Source: Pseudomonadota bacterium (GTDB taxonomy: Bacteria > Pseudomonadota > Gammaproteobacteria > Acidiferrobacterales > UBA6901). From it: DNA of 64,000 nt. The position numbers and the translations under genes are program-made. The stretch spans positions 719,640 through 783,639 of the forward strand of contig JAJYEX010000001.1 of the NCBI GenBank assembly GCA_021785515.1, written 5' to 3'. This document shows positions 18,659 to 29,733 of the stretch, in pieces. The first letter of the stretch is position 1. The number at the start of each line of letters is the position of its first letter. The notes beneath the pieces were generated by a model, which saw nothing but the letters and a program-made list of their open reading frames with translations, made no database searches and was not told the origin of the DNA.

Positions 18659-20845
18659 CTATCCTTTCATTCTGTTAATGCGTATGACCGATTCTTGCGA
18701 ACGTATGCGGCGGATAATTCTGGCCAGGTGAGCGCGGTCCCGCACCTCGACGGTGAAGTCAATGGAGGCATTGAAACCATCCCGTTCCTCCATCGACACG
18801 GCATCGACATTCGCATCCAGTTCGGCGATCGCCGCCGCCACCGTGGCCAGGACACCGCGCTGGTTCTTGACCTCTACGCGCATGTTGACCGGGAACACGG
18901 ATTCGATGTTGTGTTCCCAACGCACATCGATCCACTGCTCCGGATGTTTGCGGTACTTGACCACGTTCGGGCAGTCCTCGGTGTGCACGACAATACCGCG
19001 ACCGGCTGACAGAAAGCCGAGAATCGGGTCTCCAGGAATAGGGCGGCAGCATCGGGCAAACGTCACCACCACGCCCTCGGTACCGCTTATGGCGAGACCG
19101 GGGAGCTTCTCTCCGCCGGTCCTGATTTCTGCCGTTGTCGGCAGCATCTGTCGGGCAACTACGGCTGCCAGACGGTTGCCAAACCCGATATCGGCGAGCA
19201 GATCATCCCAGCTGCGCATCTTCAGGGTTCGCAACAGCGCCGCCCTGCCGGCTTCGTCCGGACCTCCGGCTGCAAACCCGGCCTCCTGCAGGGCCTTGCT
19301 GAGAAGACGTTCTCCGAGCTTCACCGACTCGCCCCGCTGCAGATTCTTGAGATAGCTGCGGATGTGTGCGCGCGCCTTGCCGGTCACCACGTAATCGAGC
19401 CACATCGGGTTCGGGCGGCCTCTCTTGGAGGTAATGATCTCGACGTGGTCGCCGTTGCGCAGCGCCGTACGCAGCGGAACAAGTTCGTGATTGATCTTCG
19501 CGCCGGCGCAGCGGTTTCCCACGTCGGTATGGACATCGTAGGCGAAATCCACGACCGTCGCCCCGCGCGGCAGTTTCCGGATGTCGCCATTGGGCGTGAA
19601 CACGTAGACCTCGTCGGGAAACAGGTCGACCTTCAGGTGCTCCAGGAACTCATTCGGGTTTCCGGCCTGCTGCTGGATCTCGAGCAAATCCTTCAGCCAT
19701 TGCAGCGCGTGCTTGTGTACCTGGGCGCTGCGGTCTCCGCTCTTGTACAGCCAGTGCGCAGCCACCCCCGCCTGTGCCACGCGGTGCATATCTTCCGTAC
19801 GGATCTGAATCTCTATCGACACACCGAAAGGACCGAATACAACAGTGTGCAGGGACTGGTACCCGTTGGATTTCGGTATGGCAATGTAATCCTTGAACCT
19901 GCCCGGTATCGGCTTGTACAGATTATGGATGATACCGAGCATCCGGTAACAGGTGTCCACCTTGTCAACAATGATGCGAAACGCATAGACATCGTACACC
20001 TGCTGGAAGGTCAGGGATTTCTGGCGCATCTTCTTGTAGATGCTGTAAAGATTCTTCTCGCGGCCGGAAACCTCGGCCACCAGACCCTCCTGTTTCAACT
20101 GGTTTAGGATCGCGTTTCGGACCTTTTCGACGAGCGTTCTGCGGTTGCCGTGCCGTTTGCGCGTCGCATCGGCAAGCACCCGGTAACGCACCGGATAGAG
20201 GTTAGCGAAGCCCAGGTCTTCAAGTTCATGCGACCACTGATGCATTCCGAGCCGATTGGCGATGGGTGCGTATATATCCAGGGTCTCACGCGCGATGTCG
20301 CGCCGCCGTTCCGGCCGCAGCGCGCCCAAGGTGCGCATGTTGTGCAGGCGATCGGCAAGCTTGATGAGGATCACCCGAATGTCCTGCGACATCGCCAACA
20401 GCATCTTGCGGAAATTCTCGGCTTGCTCCTCTTCCTTGGTCTTGAACTCGATTTGGCCGATTTTGCTCACTCCATCGACCAGCTCGGCTACGTCCTTTCC
20501 AAAGTCCGCCGCAACCTGTTCCTTCGCGGTCGGCGTGTCTTCAATGACGTCGTGCAGGATTGCGGCGATGACGCTTCTGCTGTCCAGATGCATGGCAGCC
20601 AGAATGCGGGCAACCTCTAGGGGATGAAAAATGTAGGGCTCGCCGCTGCACCGGCGCTGGCCATCGTGCGCCTGAGCACCGAAAAGATAAGCCCGATAGA
20701 CGTCCGCGACCTCAGGGGCGGGCAGGTACGACTCCAGCAGCACACAGAGGTCTCCGATCTGGAACCTCTCGTCCTGTGCCTCGATAAGCGGTTGATCAGG
20801 AAGAACTGGCGCCGCCTTCCCTTTCTGCAGGCGCGGTAGACGCAT
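18659..20845 (-). CDS. spoT: Bifunctional (p)ppGpp synthetase/hydrolase SpoT/RelA homolog
   Basis: HD domain (HPLEVARIL...LHDVIEDT), synthetase motif [19 protein letters not shown], and TGS and ACT regions. Start uncertain: ATG 20845 is chosen, 20878/20881/20962 are alternatives, and every one of them overlaps the rpoZ 3' end. Confidence 0.92.
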   Translation of the reverse strand: MRLPRLQKGKAAPVLPDQPLIEAQDERFQIGDLCVLLESYLPAPEVADVYRAYLFGAQAHDGQRRCSGEPYIFHPLEVARILAAMHLDSRSVIAAILHDVIEDTPTAKEQVAADFGKDVAELVDGVSKIGQIEFKTKEEEQAENFRKMLLAMSQDIRVILIKLADRLHNMRTLGALRPERRRDIARETLDIYAPIANRLGMHQWSHELEDLGFANLYPVRYRVLADATRKRHGNRRTLVEKVRNAILNQLKQEGLVAEVSGREKNLYSIYKKMRQKSLTFQQVYDVYAFRIIVDKVDTCYRMLGIIHNLYKPIPGRFKDYIAIPKSNGYQSLHTVVFGPFGVSIEIQIRTEDMHRVAQAGVAAHWLYKSGDRSAQVHKHALQWLKDLLEIQQQAGNPNEFLEHLKVDLFPDEVYVFTPNGDIRKLPRGATVVDFAYDVHTDVGNRCAGAKINHELVPLRTALRNGDHVEIITSKRGRPNPMWLDYVVTGKARAHIRSYLKNLQRGESVKLGERLLSKALQEAGFAAGGPDEAGRAALLRTLKMRSWDDLLADIGFGNRLAAVVARQMLPTTAEIRTGGEKLPGLAISGTEGVVVTFARCCRPIPGDPILGFLSAGRGIVVHTEDCPNVVKYRKHPEQWIDVRWEHNIESVFPVNMRVEVKNQRGVLATVAAAIAELDANVDAVSMEERDGFNASIDFTVEVRDRAHLARIIRRIRSQESVIRINRMKG

Positions 20846-21104
20846 CCGCGTCCGTCGCCACTTGCCCCGCCGTGTCATCATCAGGTTCGTATGCGGCCTC
20901 CGGAGCCTTTTCGTCCAGGATGGCGTTCGTGATGAAGCCCCCGGCGATCTCGCGCAATGCAATGACCGTAGGTTTGTCGTGTTCGCGGTTTACGCAGGGC
21001 TCCGCACCCAGCGCCAACTGCCTGGCACGCTTTGTTGCAACCAGAACCAGCTGAAAGCGGTTCTCTACGTTCTCAAGACAATCCTCTACGGTTACTCTGG
21101 CCAT
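20796..21104 (-). CDS. rpoZ: DNA-directed RNA polymerase subunit omega
   Basis: [30 protein letters not shown]. Confidence 0.95.
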   Translation of the reverse strand: MARVTVEDCLENVENRFQLVLVATKRARQLALGAEPCVNREHDKPTVIALREIAGGFITNAILDEKAPEAAYEPDDDTAGQVATDADASTAPAEREGGASSS

Positions 21105-21250
21105 GCCTCACCTCAGATTTGATATATCCTACCGTCCTCCGGGGAACGGCCCGGCAGCCGCCCGCAGGAACACCACACAAAGGCGTACCGACCCTTGCTT
21201 TGGGCAAGGAGGGCGCCTCCTGTCATCTTACTGATAATTTGAGTTTTTTT

Positions 21251-21859
21251 CTATTCTTCCCCTAAAAGAGCAGGAATATCGAGGGTTACGCGCCGAACAG
21301 CGCTGAAATGGCCATCCAGAATAGCCCGGATATCAGCCAGTGCAGCCGCAAAATCGTCGTTGACCACTACATGATCAAACTCCCCGTAATGGCTCATTTC
21401 CGACGCAGCTTCCTGCATCCGGCGCGCTATGGTTTCCGCGCTATCCTGGCCACGTGCCTGCAATCGCTCATGCAGCACCGCCCGCGACGGCGGCAGCACG
21501 AACACTGTAACGGCTTCAGGCATGAGCGCCTTGATCCGCCGGGCACCTTGCCAATCGATGTCCAGCACCACGTTTTTCCCGGCCGTCAGGAGCTTCTCTA
21601 CCGACTCACGTGCGGTGCCATACGAGTTGCCGAAGACCCGCGCATACTCGAGAAACCGCCCTTCCCGAACCATGGATTCAAACTGCTCCGGGGAAACGAA
21701 ATGGTAGTCCGTACCGTTCCGTTCACCGGGACGGGGGGCACGCGTAGTATGGGAAACCGACACCGCAAAATTTGTCGCCCCCGCCGCGAGCGCCTTGGCC
21801 AAACTCGATTTCCCGGCCCCGGAAGGTGCCGACAACACAAGAAGCTTGCCGGGGGTCAT
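21251..21859 (-). CDS. gmk: Guanylate kinase
   Basis: Start refined to ATG 21859 ([21 protein letters not shown]-loop). YHFVS..F, ...EYA.V.GN.YGT. Confidence 0.93.
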   Translation of the reverse strand: MTPGKLLVLSAPSGAGKSSLAKALAAGATNFAVSVSHTTRAPRPGERNGTDYHFVSPEQFESMVREGRFLEYARVFGNSYGTARESVEKLLTAGKNVVLDIDWQGARRIKALMPEAVTVFVLPPSRAVLHERLQARGQDSAETIARRMQEAASEMSHYGEFDHVVVNDDFAAALADIRAILDGHFSAVRRVTLDIPALLGEE

Positions 21860-22008
21860 TCTAAAGGCACGCAAACGGGCACCGGCCGAGCCGGCCGGTG
21901 CCCACAAAAGTCTGTCCAAGCGGGTTAGCAACTGCCCAGCCGAAGATCCGGAAAGTGATCTTCATATTGATTTATATAGATAATTCCGCATCACCACACC
22001 TGTGCCCG

Positions 22009-22884
22009 CTATTCAATGTTCTGGACCTGTTCCCGCATTTGCTCAATGAGGACCTTCAGATCGACGGCGGCGCCAGTCAGGCGTGTATCTGCTGCCTTTG
22101 ATCCGAGCGTATTCGCTTCGCGGTTGAATTCCTGCATCAGAAAGTCCAACCGGCGGCCGATCTGCCCCTCCTGATCCAGCACCCGGCGCACCTCAGTCAG
22201 GTGGGCTGACAGCCGGTCGATCTCCTCATCCACATCGGCCCGCTGCGCAAACAGGACAATCTCCTGCTCGACCCGCGCAGCGTCGAGATCCTTGCGCAAG
22301 TCCCCCAAACGGTCCATCAGCCGTTCGCGGAACTTCTGGACCAGCTCAGGAAGCCAACCGCGCACCAGTTCCACGATTTTCTCCACCGCATCGAGTTTCT
22401 GCCGGATCACGCCGGCAAGATGGGCGCCCTCGCGCGCGCGGGTAGCCCTCATCTCGTCTACCGCGCGGTCCAGAAGGCGCAGACTCTCGGTGCCTAGGGC
22501 TTCAGTATCGAGCCCGGCAACCCGCAACACCCCCGGCCAACGCAGGATATCGATGACCCGCAGCGGCCGCACGGCCATCCCGCCATCCTGGGCGATGGCC
22601 TCGAACTTGCGTCCTACGCTGATGAGTCTGGAAACAAGCGTTTCGTCCGGAACCAGCTCGGCTGAGCTCTCGCGGGCCTGAAACCGCAGCACGCAGTCCA
22701 CCTTGCCGCGCCCCAGGCGTTTACCCAAGCGCTCCCGCACCTGCGGCTCCAGCCCCCTTAACTCTTCCGGCAGGCGCACTGCAACCTCTAGGTAGCGGTG
22801 ATTCACTGATCGCAGCTCCCAGACGAGGCTACCCCACTGCGTGTCCTGGTCACAGCGGGCATACGCAGTCATGCTCAGCGTCAT
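22009..22884 (-). CDS. yicC: YicC family stress-induced protein (reported endoribonuclease family)
   Basis: MTLSMTAYAR...WELRSVNHRYLE..., C-terminal EFNREANTLGSKA...LKVLIEQMREQVQNIE. The ORF-track start at 22905 is an equally possible alternative. Confidence 0.9.
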   Translation of the reverse strand: MTLSMTAYARCDQDTQWGSLVWELRSVNHRYLEVAVRLPEELRGLEPQVRERLGKRLGRGKVDCVLRFQARESSAELVPDETLVSRLISVGRKFEAIAQDGGMAVRPLRVIDILRWPGVLRVAGLDTEALGTESLRLLDRAVDEMRATRAREGAHLAGVIRQKLDAVEKIVELVRGWLPELVQKFRERLMDRLGDLRKDLDAARVEQEIVLFAQRADVDEEIDRLSAHLTEVRRVLDQEGQIGRRLDFLMQEFNREANTLGSKAADTRLTGAAVDLKVLIEQMREQVQNIE

Positions 22885-23050
22885 GGCAGTCTGATACTCT
22901 TGCATTGGTTGAAAGTTAGGGGATGGTAACTGCCAGTTTCGCTACCGTCCACCTGCGGAATGACTGTAGAACGACTATATTAGAGTGCAGGCGGACCGCT
23001 CTCAGCTGCGAGGGCGCGCACAGGGACTGAGCAAATCCCGGAAAATCAAG

Positions 23051-23989
23051 ATGAAGCGTTTCAAAAATGCCCTGCCGAAAGGGTACCTCCTGAACGATTA
23101 CCGCATCGAGAAAGCAATCGGCGGCGGGGGGTTCAGTGTTGTCTATTTGGCGACCGTCCCAGGGGCCGACCGGCGCGTGGCGATAAAAGAATACCTGCCA
23201 AGCGCCCAGGCGCGGCGCGTCGAGGATTCCCGGGTGGAGCCGCTGTCGGAAAACCTGGCTGGAGCCTACCGCCAAGGTATCAAACGCTTTTTTGACGAGG
23301 CGAGCGCGCTTGCAAAGGTAAACCACCCGAATATTGTGCGCGTGGAAGACCTGTTCCGCGCCAACAACACGGTTTACATGGTCATGCGCTACGAATATGG
23401 CAAGGACCTGCGCTGGTACATCAAGCACAAATCGGGAAAACTCAGCGAACGGTTCATACGTACCGTCTTTCCGCAGTTGCTGCTCGGCATGTGCGAGCTC
23501 CACGAAAACCGGCTCCTGCACCTAGATATCAAGCCGGCAAACATATTTCTGCGGCCCGGCGGCAAACCACTGTTGCTCGATTTTGGGGCAGCACGAGCCT
23601 CGGTGGCAGGCAGCAAGCCCAGCGGACCCCAGACCCTGACCGTGGGCTACGCGCCGATCGAGCAGCACATGGGCGGACACCTGGGCCCCTGGAGCGACAT
23701 GTACGCCATCGGGGCTTCCATGTGGGCGTGCATCAGCGGCAGGGCCCCGCCGGCATCGACTCAGCGGGCCATCAAGGACACCTATAAGCCGGCGGCCCGC
23801 TCATTCGCCCGGTTGTACTCCCACCAACTCCTGAAAGCGATCGACTGGTGCCTGGAGATGAACCAGCTGGAACGTCCGCAGAGCGCCAAGGCACTGCTGG
23901 ATGTCCTGGAACCACCGAATGCCGGCGATATGGACGCCGATACGGGGGATGCTTTTTGGCCCTTCCGCCTGCCCTGGAAAAGAGGCTAG
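23051..23989 (+). CDS. Hanks-type serine/threonine protein kinase, kinase domain only (non-RD)
   Basis: 312 aa from ATG 23051. Gly-loop GGGGFSVVY, VAIKEY Lys, catalytic HLDIKPANIFL, DFGAA, and GYAPIEQ (APE-like). No TM or sensor domain is seen. Confidence 0.88.
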   Translation: MKRFKNALPKGYLLNDYRIEKAIGGGGFSVVYLATVPGADRRVAIKEYLPSAQARRVEDSRVEPLSENLAGAYRQGIKRFFDEASALAKVNHPNIVRVEDLFRANNTVYMVMRYEYGKDLRWYIKHKSGKLSERFIRTVFPQLLLGMCELHENRLLHLDIKPANIFLRPGGKPLLLDFGAARASVAGSKPSGPQTLTVGYAPIEQHMGGHLGPWSDMYAIGASMWACISGRAPPASTQRAIKDTYKPAARSFARLYSHQLLKAIDWCLEMNQLERPQSAKALLDVLEPPNAGDMDADTGDAFWPFRLPWKRG

Positions 23990-23994
23990 CCGTG

Positions 23995-24945
23995 ATGCGC
24001 TATCAACTGGCCCACCACAGCCTGCGCGGAGCACGGCCCACCAACCAGGACCGCATCGCCTATGCCGAGCGCGACGATGCGGTCCTGATGGTGCTCGCCG
24101 ATGGACTTGGCGGCTATGACGGCGGAGCCCTTGCGGCCGAGACCCTCACTCAGACCGTCGTGCGTGCATTCGAATCAGTACGGCAGCCGATTATCGACCG
24201 TCCATCCACCTTTCTTGCACTCGCGATCATGCAGGCACATAAGACGGTCGTCAAAAACGGGCGGGCGCACGTCCCTCCCATCTCGCCGCGCACAACCTGC
24301 GTCGCGTGCCTGGTGCAACGGGGGTATGCGTACTGGGCACACGTCGGCGACAGCCGCCTCTACCATTTCCGCGACAACACCCTGGTGCATCGCACCCTGG
24401 ACCACAGCACTACCGAACAGATGCATCTCGATGGGCTGCTAAGCGAAGACGAAATGCGGCTTCATCCGGAGAAGGGGCATCTGCTGAACTGTGTGGGCGG
24501 ACCCCGCCGTCCGACGATCAGTCTGGGACAGGAAACAGCCCTTCGCCCTGGCGATACCCTGCTGCTCTGTTCCGACGGCCTGTGGCAGGCGCTGAATCCG
24601 GAAGAACTTGCCCGCTTCGTCGGATTTACATCACTGGACGAGGGCACCGAGGAAATGCTGCTTGCGGCAGAAAACAAGATGAGAAAGACCTGCGATAACC
24701 TGAGCGCCATCAGTCTGCGGTGGGAAGACCGGCTGACGAGTGAATTACCCCTGCAACCCGTCAACGTGCAAGAAACATCACACGATGCAATGTGGGACGA
24801 CGCCTGCCGCAAGGACATCGAACGACGGCGACCCCGGCGGACGGAAGCCCCGGCCGGCGACAAGGGAGCGCCGCTCGATGCCGCCATTCGCGAACTCGAG
24901 GAATTTGTAAGCCGCTTCGAGCCCAAACGCGACCGGGATCGCTGA
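23995..24945 (+). CDS. PP2C-family (PPM) serine/threonine phosphatase
   Basis: 316 aa from ATG 23995, 5 nt after the kinase stop (AAGAGG upstream). [43 protein letters not shown]. Confidence 0.88.
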   Translation: MRYQLAHHSLRGARPTNQDRIAYAERDDAVLMVLADGLGGYDGGALAAETLTQTVVRAFESVRQPIIDRPSTFLALAIMQAHKTVVKNGRAHVPPISPRTTCVACLVQRGYAYWAHVGDSRLYHFRDNTLVHRTLDHSTTEQMHLDGLLSEDEMRLHPEKGHLLNCVGGPRRPTISLGQETALRPGDTLLLCSDGLWQALNPEELARFVGFTSLDEGTEEMLLAAENKMRKTCDNLSAISLRWEDRLTSELPLQPVNVQETSHDAMWDDACRKDIERRRPRRTEAPAGDKGAPLDAAIRELEEFVSRFEPKRDRDR

Positions 24946-25031
24946 TCCGGCGCGGCGCGCCGGCCGACGAGTCCCGCGAGACGTCGATTGCGGTACAATA
25001 CCCGCTGGCAAAACATCGATCCCTGAACTGC

Positions 25032-25754
25032 ATGAGACCAAGCGGCCGCACAGCCCACGAACTTCGCAATATTCGATTTACCCGCCAGTTTACGCGCCAC
25101 GCTGAAGGTTCGGTGCTGGTTGAATTCGGCGACACCAAGGTTATCTGCAACGTGAGTGTCGATGAAAGGGTGCCAGTCTTTTTGAAAGGAAAGGGTCAGG
25201 GCTGGGTCACGGCCGAATATGGCATGCTGCCGCGCTCGACCGGCAGCCGCATGGCACGCGAGGCCGCTCAGGGCCGGCAGGGAGGCCGCACCCAGGAGAT
25301 CCAGCGGCTGATTGGCCGTTCACTGCGCGCTGCGGTGGACCTCCGGCAACTTGGCGAACGCACCATCACGGTGGACTGCGACGTGATCCAAGCGGATGGC
25401 GGGACGCGCACAGCATCGATTACCGGGGCGTGCGTCGCTCTGTACGATGCGCTTGGGCACATGCGTACAAAGGGGCTGCTGCACAGCAACCCCTTGCGCC
25501 ATCTAGTCGCTTCGGTTTCGGTCGGAATGCACGGAGGCCAGGCGGTCCTTGACCTTGACTACGCAGAAGATTCGTCGGCCGAAACAGACATGAACGTCGT
25601 CATGAACGATGCCGGCCAGTTCATCGAGGTGCAGGGCACAGCAGAGGGAGAGACCTTTAGCCGCGACAACCTGCTCGCCATGACCGACCTGGCGGCTCAG
25701 GGCATACGCCGCCTGATCGAACTTCAGCGCACTGCCCTCGGACTGGCGGAATGA
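25032..25754 (+). CDS. rph: Ribonuclease PH
   Basis: 240 aa from ATG 25032. [39 protein letters not shown]...[16 protein letters not shown]...[14 protein letters not shown]. Confidence 0.95.
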   Translation: MRPSGRTAHELRNIRFTRQFTRHAEGSVLVEFGDTKVICNVSVDERVPVFLKGKGQGWVTAEYGMLPRSTGSRMAREAAQGRQGGRTQEIQRLIGRSLRAAVDLRQLGERTITVDCDVIQADGGTRTASITGACVALYDALGHMRTKGLLHSNPLRHLVASVSVGMHGGQAVLDLDYAEDSSAETDMNVVMNDAGQFIEVQGTAEGETFSRDNLLAMTDLAAQGIRRLIELQRTALGLAE

Positions 25755-26386
25755 TGCGGCAATCCGTCCACAGAATCGTGCTGGCAAGCGGCAATCCGGG
25801 AAAGCTGCGCGAGTTTTCCGGACTACTCGGGGAACTGCACTATGAGATTTTGCCGCAGTCACAGTTCGGGACACCGGAGGCTGAGGAAACCGGTCTGACC
25901 TTTGTCGAGAATGCGATCATCAAGGCACGCAACGCCTCCCGTCACAGCGGACTGCCGGCGCTCGCCGATGATTCTGGTCTGGAAGTGGACGCTCTCGATG
26001 GCGCTCCGGGCATCTACTCGGCGCGCTACTCCGGACCAGGATCCAATGACCGCCGTAATGTGGACAAACTGCTCGCCGAACTGGGGTCGGTGGCCGATCC
26101 CGAACGCACGGCGCGCTTTCAGTGCGTGCTGGTATTCTTGCACCATCCCCTGGATCCCACACCGCTTATCTGCCAGGGCACCTGGGAAGGGCGCATTCTG
26201 CGCGAGGCTCGCGGTGGAGGTGGATTCGGGTATGACCCGGTGTTTTACGTGCCTACCCATTGCTGTTCGGCGGCCGAGCTTCGACCGCAGATCAAGAACA
26301 TCCTAAGCCACCGCGGGCAGGCGTTGCGGCAACTGCTGGCGGTTCTCGGCCGCAGTGAGGCCGTATGCCGGGGCGCGGCGCAGTGA
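25751..26386 (+). CDS. rdgB: dITP/XTP pyrophosphatase (RdgB/HAM1)
   Basis: [14 protein letters not shown]..., EETG.TF.ENA..KA, ...[27 protein letters not shown]. Its ATG overlaps the rph stop. Confidence 0.92.
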   Translation: MMRQSVHRIVLASGNPGKLREFSGLLGELHYEILPQSQFGTPEAEETGLTFVENAIIKARNASRHSGLPALADDSGLEVDALDGAPGIYSARYSGPGSNDRRNVDKLLAELGSVADPERTARFQCVLVFLHHPLDPTPLICQGTWEGRILREARGGGGFGYDPVFYVPTHCCSAAELRPQIKNILSHRGQALRQLLAVLGRSEAVCRGAAQ

Positions 26387-26442
26387 ACCGGTTGAACGTG
26401 TAGCCGGGAGAACCTAACCGCACCGTTCGCGCGTTCCGCCGG

Positions 26443-27714
26443 TTGGCGTGGAAGCGCAATGGTACAATCAGGCCTGTCGTCCAAGCCGGGTCTGCCGCAT
26501 TGCCAATCTCCGCCCCACCACTTGCGCTATACATTCATCTGCCTTGGTGCGTCAGAAAGTGTCCATACTGCGATTTCAATTCACATGGTCTCGACGCCAT
26601 CCGGAACCCGCGCCAGCAATTTCCTGAAACCCGCTATGTAGAATCACTAGTCGCTGATCTGGAGCATGATCTGCCCAGAGTAGAGGGCAGGACTGTACAT
26701 AGCATATTCATCGGCGGCGGCACTCCGAGCCTGTTTTCCGCGGACGCGATAGACCACCTGCTCACTTCGGTCAGGAGGCTTTTGCCGCTCCACCCTGAAG
26801 CGGAAGTGACCCTCGAGGCGAACCCTGGTACGGTCGAGTCCGGCCGGTTTTCCGGCTACCGCGCAGCAGGCGTGAACCGCCTGTCTCTCGGAATCCAGAG
26901 CTTCGATCCAGCCTCGCTGCACGACCTCGGCCGCATTCACGACGCTGAACAGGCGCGCAGCGCGGTTGCGGAGGCACAGGCGGCCGGGTTCGACAACTTC
27001 AATCTCGATCTCATGTACGGTCTGCCGCGGCAGACCGTCGAATCGGCGCTGCGTGATGTCGACACCGCCCTGGCACTGCGACCAACACATCTGTCCCTGT
27101 ACCAGCTGACCATTGAGCCCAACACCCTGTTTCACGCGAATCCGCCGGAACTGCCTGATGAAGACGAGATCGCTGCCCTGCACGATGCGGTGTCCGGCCG
27201 GGCCGATGATGCGGGCTACCGCCGGTACGAAGTGTCCGCCTACGCCCTCCCCGGACGCGAGTGCCGGCACAATCTGAATTACTGGCAATTCGGGGACTAT
27301 CTCGGCGTAGGGGCCGGTGCCCACGGCAAGATCACGGCCTCTGGCGGCATCTTCCGGTACTGGAAGTTGAGACATCCGGACGCCTACATGCGGCACGCCG
27401 GGACTGCGACAGCAACGGCGGGCGAACGGCCCTTGTCGCCGGAGGAAATGGCGTTTGAGTTTATGCTCAATGCGTTGCGGCTCGAGCGCGGAACCTCTGG
27501 CACGCTGTTCACCCAACGCACCGGCCTGCCGCTATCCGCAATCGAGGCGCCGCTGCGCCGGGCGGAAGATCTGGGACTGATTCGCCACAGCGGTGACGTT
27601 CTGTGCCCGACCGAACGGGGTCGTTGCTTTCTCAACGATCTGATTGCGCTGTTTCTTCCCGCCCCGGCGAGTGATCGCGGAAGGGATGTGCCCTCGGCGG
27701 ATCCGACAAGCTGA
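26443..27714 (+). CDS. hemW: Radical SAM family heme chaperone HemW (HemN-like, oxygen-independent coproporphyrinogen oxidase-like)
   Basis: LALYIHLPWCVRKCPYCDFNSH (CxxxCxxC), ...IFIGGGTPSL.... The start (TTG 26443) is uncertain and the true start may lie slightly downstream. Confidence 0.88.
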   Translation: MAWKRNGTIRPVVQAGSAALPISAPPLALYIHLPWCVRKCPYCDFNSHGLDAIRNPRQQFPETRYVESLVADLEHDLPRVEGRTVHSIFIGGGTPSLFSADAIDHLLTSVRRLLPLHPEAEVTLEANPGTVESGRFSGYRAAGVNRLSLGIQSFDPASLHDLGRIHDAEQARSAVAEAQAAGFDNFNLDLMYGLPRQTVESALRDVDTALALRPTHLSLYQLTIEPNTLFHANPPELPDEDEIAALHDAVSGRADDAGYRRYEVSAYALPGRECRHNLNYWQFGDYLGVGAGAHGKITASGGIFRYWKLRHPDAYMRHAGTATATAGERPLSPEEMAFEFMLNALRLERGTSGTLFTQRTGLPLSAIEAPLRRAEDLGLIRHSGDVLCPTERGRCFLNDLIALFLPAPASDRGRDVPSADPTS

Positions 27715-27842
27715 CAGAGCAAGCCGTTTTGGTGCCGAGGGCACGTCGCGGCTGCGCCCGGCAGCAAATCCGGCTACAATTTCGACTCCGGGAGGCCGTC
27801 GCACAGAACGTAACGGATCGGCCATTGAATTCGGGGAACTCG

Positions 27843-28256
27843 ATGCTGTGGATTAAGGCCCTGCACATCATCTTCATGGTGACCTGGTTTGCAGGTCTTT
27901 TTTATCTGCCAAGACTTTTTGTCTACCACGCCATGGCCGAAGATTTTGTCAGTCGAGAGCGCTTCAAGATCATGGAGCGCAAGCTTTATTTCGGAATCAT
28001 GACCCCCGGAGCGGTTCTGACGATCGTATTCGGCTTGTGGCTGTGGCTGGGCTACGGGTTCCACGGGCTATGGCTCGATATCAAGCTGGTTTTGGTTGCC
28101 CTGCTAATCGGGTTTCATGTCTACTGCGGCAAGCTTCTCATTGATTTTCGTGATGATCGCAACCAGCACAGCCATGTATTCTACCGATGGTTCAATGAAT
28201 TCCCCGCGTTGATTCTGGTTGCAGTGGTCATTCTGGTGGTGGTTAAGCCAATTTGA
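27843..28256 (+). CDS. hemJ: Protoporphyrinogen IX oxidase HemJ (UPF0093/CopD-like membrane protein)
   Basis: 137 aa from ATG 27843: MLWIKALHIIFMVTWFAGLFYLPRLFVYHA...ERKLY..IM.P.... Confidence 0.85.
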   Translation: MLWIKALHIIFMVTWFAGLFYLPRLFVYHAMAEDFVSRERFKIMERKLYFGIMTPGAVLTIVFGLWLWLGYGFHGLWLDIKLVLVALLIGFHVYCGKLLIDFRDDRNQHSHVFYRWFNEFPALILVAVVILVVVKPI

Positions 28257-28374
28257 CCGGTCGAACCCAGCTATTGAAATCAGTACGCGGCAGCAGCACA
28301 TTAGCCGGAATGCTGTAAAAAAAACAATAATCACGCGCGAGGTATGGTGGAGGCCGTCAGTTCAGGAGAGGGCA

Positions 28375-29712
28375 ATGCGAATCAAAATCGCTCTATCCTT
28401 GTTGCTGGTTGCCTGCAGCCTCCGCGTTGCACCGGCACAGGGCACCGTCACAATGGGCCAGGCAGTTCGCTATGGACTGCGGCACAATCTGCTATTGAAA
28501 GAGGACGGGCAGCGCCTGCGTGCGGCCCAGGCACGTGTCAGGATGGCCAAATCGGGCCATTTTCCGCAAATTAACGCCCGCTATTTCTTGCAGCGCAGCA
28601 ACAACCCGCTCAACGCCTTTGCCGGAAAACTGGACACCCGCTCGGTGAATCCAGCAACGGATTTCACCGCCAGCGCGCTCAACGATCCCGGGGCCAGCAC
28701 TCTGGGCACGACTGAGATCGCACTCGAGCTTCCGATCTATACCGGCGGCAAGCTCAGCGCTGCGATCCGCGGCGCACGGGACGATGAACAGGCCGCGACC
28801 CTGGGCATGGGTCGCCTGCGTCAGCAGACCGTATTCCAGATTATTAGGGCCTACCTGACGGCACAGGCGGCCATTCATGGCCGGCAGATTGCCGATGCCG
28901 CCGTGGCGGCGGCCCGCGGACATGTCGAAACCACCCGGCGCCTCGTACGCGAAGGCCGTATCGTCGTATCCGACCGCATGACGGCTGAACTCAACCTGGC
29001 AGCCCTAGAGGGCCAACGCGCCAAGGCCGCTGACCGCGTGCACCTGGCACTGGACCACCTCAAGCTTGCCATGGGCATGCCCGTTGACGACCCGATTGCA
29101 CTTCCACCCTGGCAGGAGCCGGTAGCCGAGCCGCTTGATCCTCTGCCGGTTCTGGAGCAGCAGGCGCTCTCCGGACGCAAGGATCTGCAGGCAGCACACT
29201 CCATGATCTCTGCCAGCTCGGCCGCCGTAGACGAGGCACGGGCAGCGTTTAGGCCGCATGTAAGTCTGATTGCGAGCAGCGACTGGTACAGCCACCATTT
29301 CGGATTTGCCGCCAACTCCCAGAGCATCATGGGGGTAGTCACCATGAATTTGTTCAGCGGCGATCACGACAGCCAGGCGCTCGACGCCGCCCGCGACCGG
29401 AAAACGGAATACGAGCTGCGCGTGCTGAACCAGCGGCAGGCTGTTCTCAACGAGGTGCGCGCCGCGTACTTCGGAGTCCAAGAGGCGCTGGACAGGCAGC
29501 AGATTGCGGCCACGAACGTCGCCAGAGCCCGCGAGACGGTGCGCCTGGTCAAGAAGCGTTACGGCGAGGGCCGCACGATTCTGCTCGATGTGCTCAATGC
29601 AGAGCAGCTGCTGGTCGCGGCCCGCGACGAAAAGCTGGTATCGTCTTTGGATCTGGCAATCAATCAGGCGGCTCTCAAGCTGGCGGATGGCAGCCTGGTT
29701 AATCCCCAATGA
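28375..29712 (+). CDS. TolC/NodT-like outer membrane efflux protein (probable lipoprotein)
   Basis: 445 aa from ATG 28375 (AGGAGAGGG upstream). Signal with lipobox-like LLVAC. Two OEP repeats are readable: AQARVRMAKSGHFPQINARY... and AVDEARAAFRPHVSLIASSDW.... Confidence 0.85.
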   Translation: MRIKIALSLLLVACSLRVAPAQGTVTMGQAVRYGLRHNLLLKEDGQRLRAAQARVRMAKSGHFPQINARYFLQRSNNPLNAFAGKLDTRSVNPATDFTASALNDPGASTLGTTEIALELPIYTGGKLSAAIRGARDDEQAATLGMGRLRQQTVFQIIRAYLTAQAAIHGRQIADAAVAAARGHVETTRRLVREGRIVVSDRMTAELNLAALEGQRAKAADRVHLALDHLKLAMGMPVDDPIALPPWQEPVAEPLDPLPVLEQQALSGRKDLQAAHSMISASSAAVDEARAAFRPHVSLIASSDWYSHHFGFAANSQSIMGVVTMNLFSGDHDSQALDAARDRKTEYELRVLNQRQAVLNEVRAAYFGVQEALDRQQIAATNVARARETVRLVKKRYGEGRTILLDVLNAEQLLVAARDEKLVSSLDLAINQAALKLADGSLVNPQ

Positions 29713-29733
29713 TGCCGTGCAGGATACCCGTGA

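Noticed and set aside
24792-25031. Long N-terminal extensions suggested by the ORF track
   Set aside because: Affected ORF-track starts: rph 24792, tolC-like 28219, hemJ 27729, speD 58943, speA 61826, pilQ 49539, ubiA 16091, ubiD 14526, gltB 43825, gmk 21931, PP2C 23848 and CDGSH 62585. The extensions overlap upstream genes or intergenic DNA, are Arg/Pro/Gly-rich and lack homology-like sequence. Conserved N-termini and SD motifs support the downstream starts given in the feature list.
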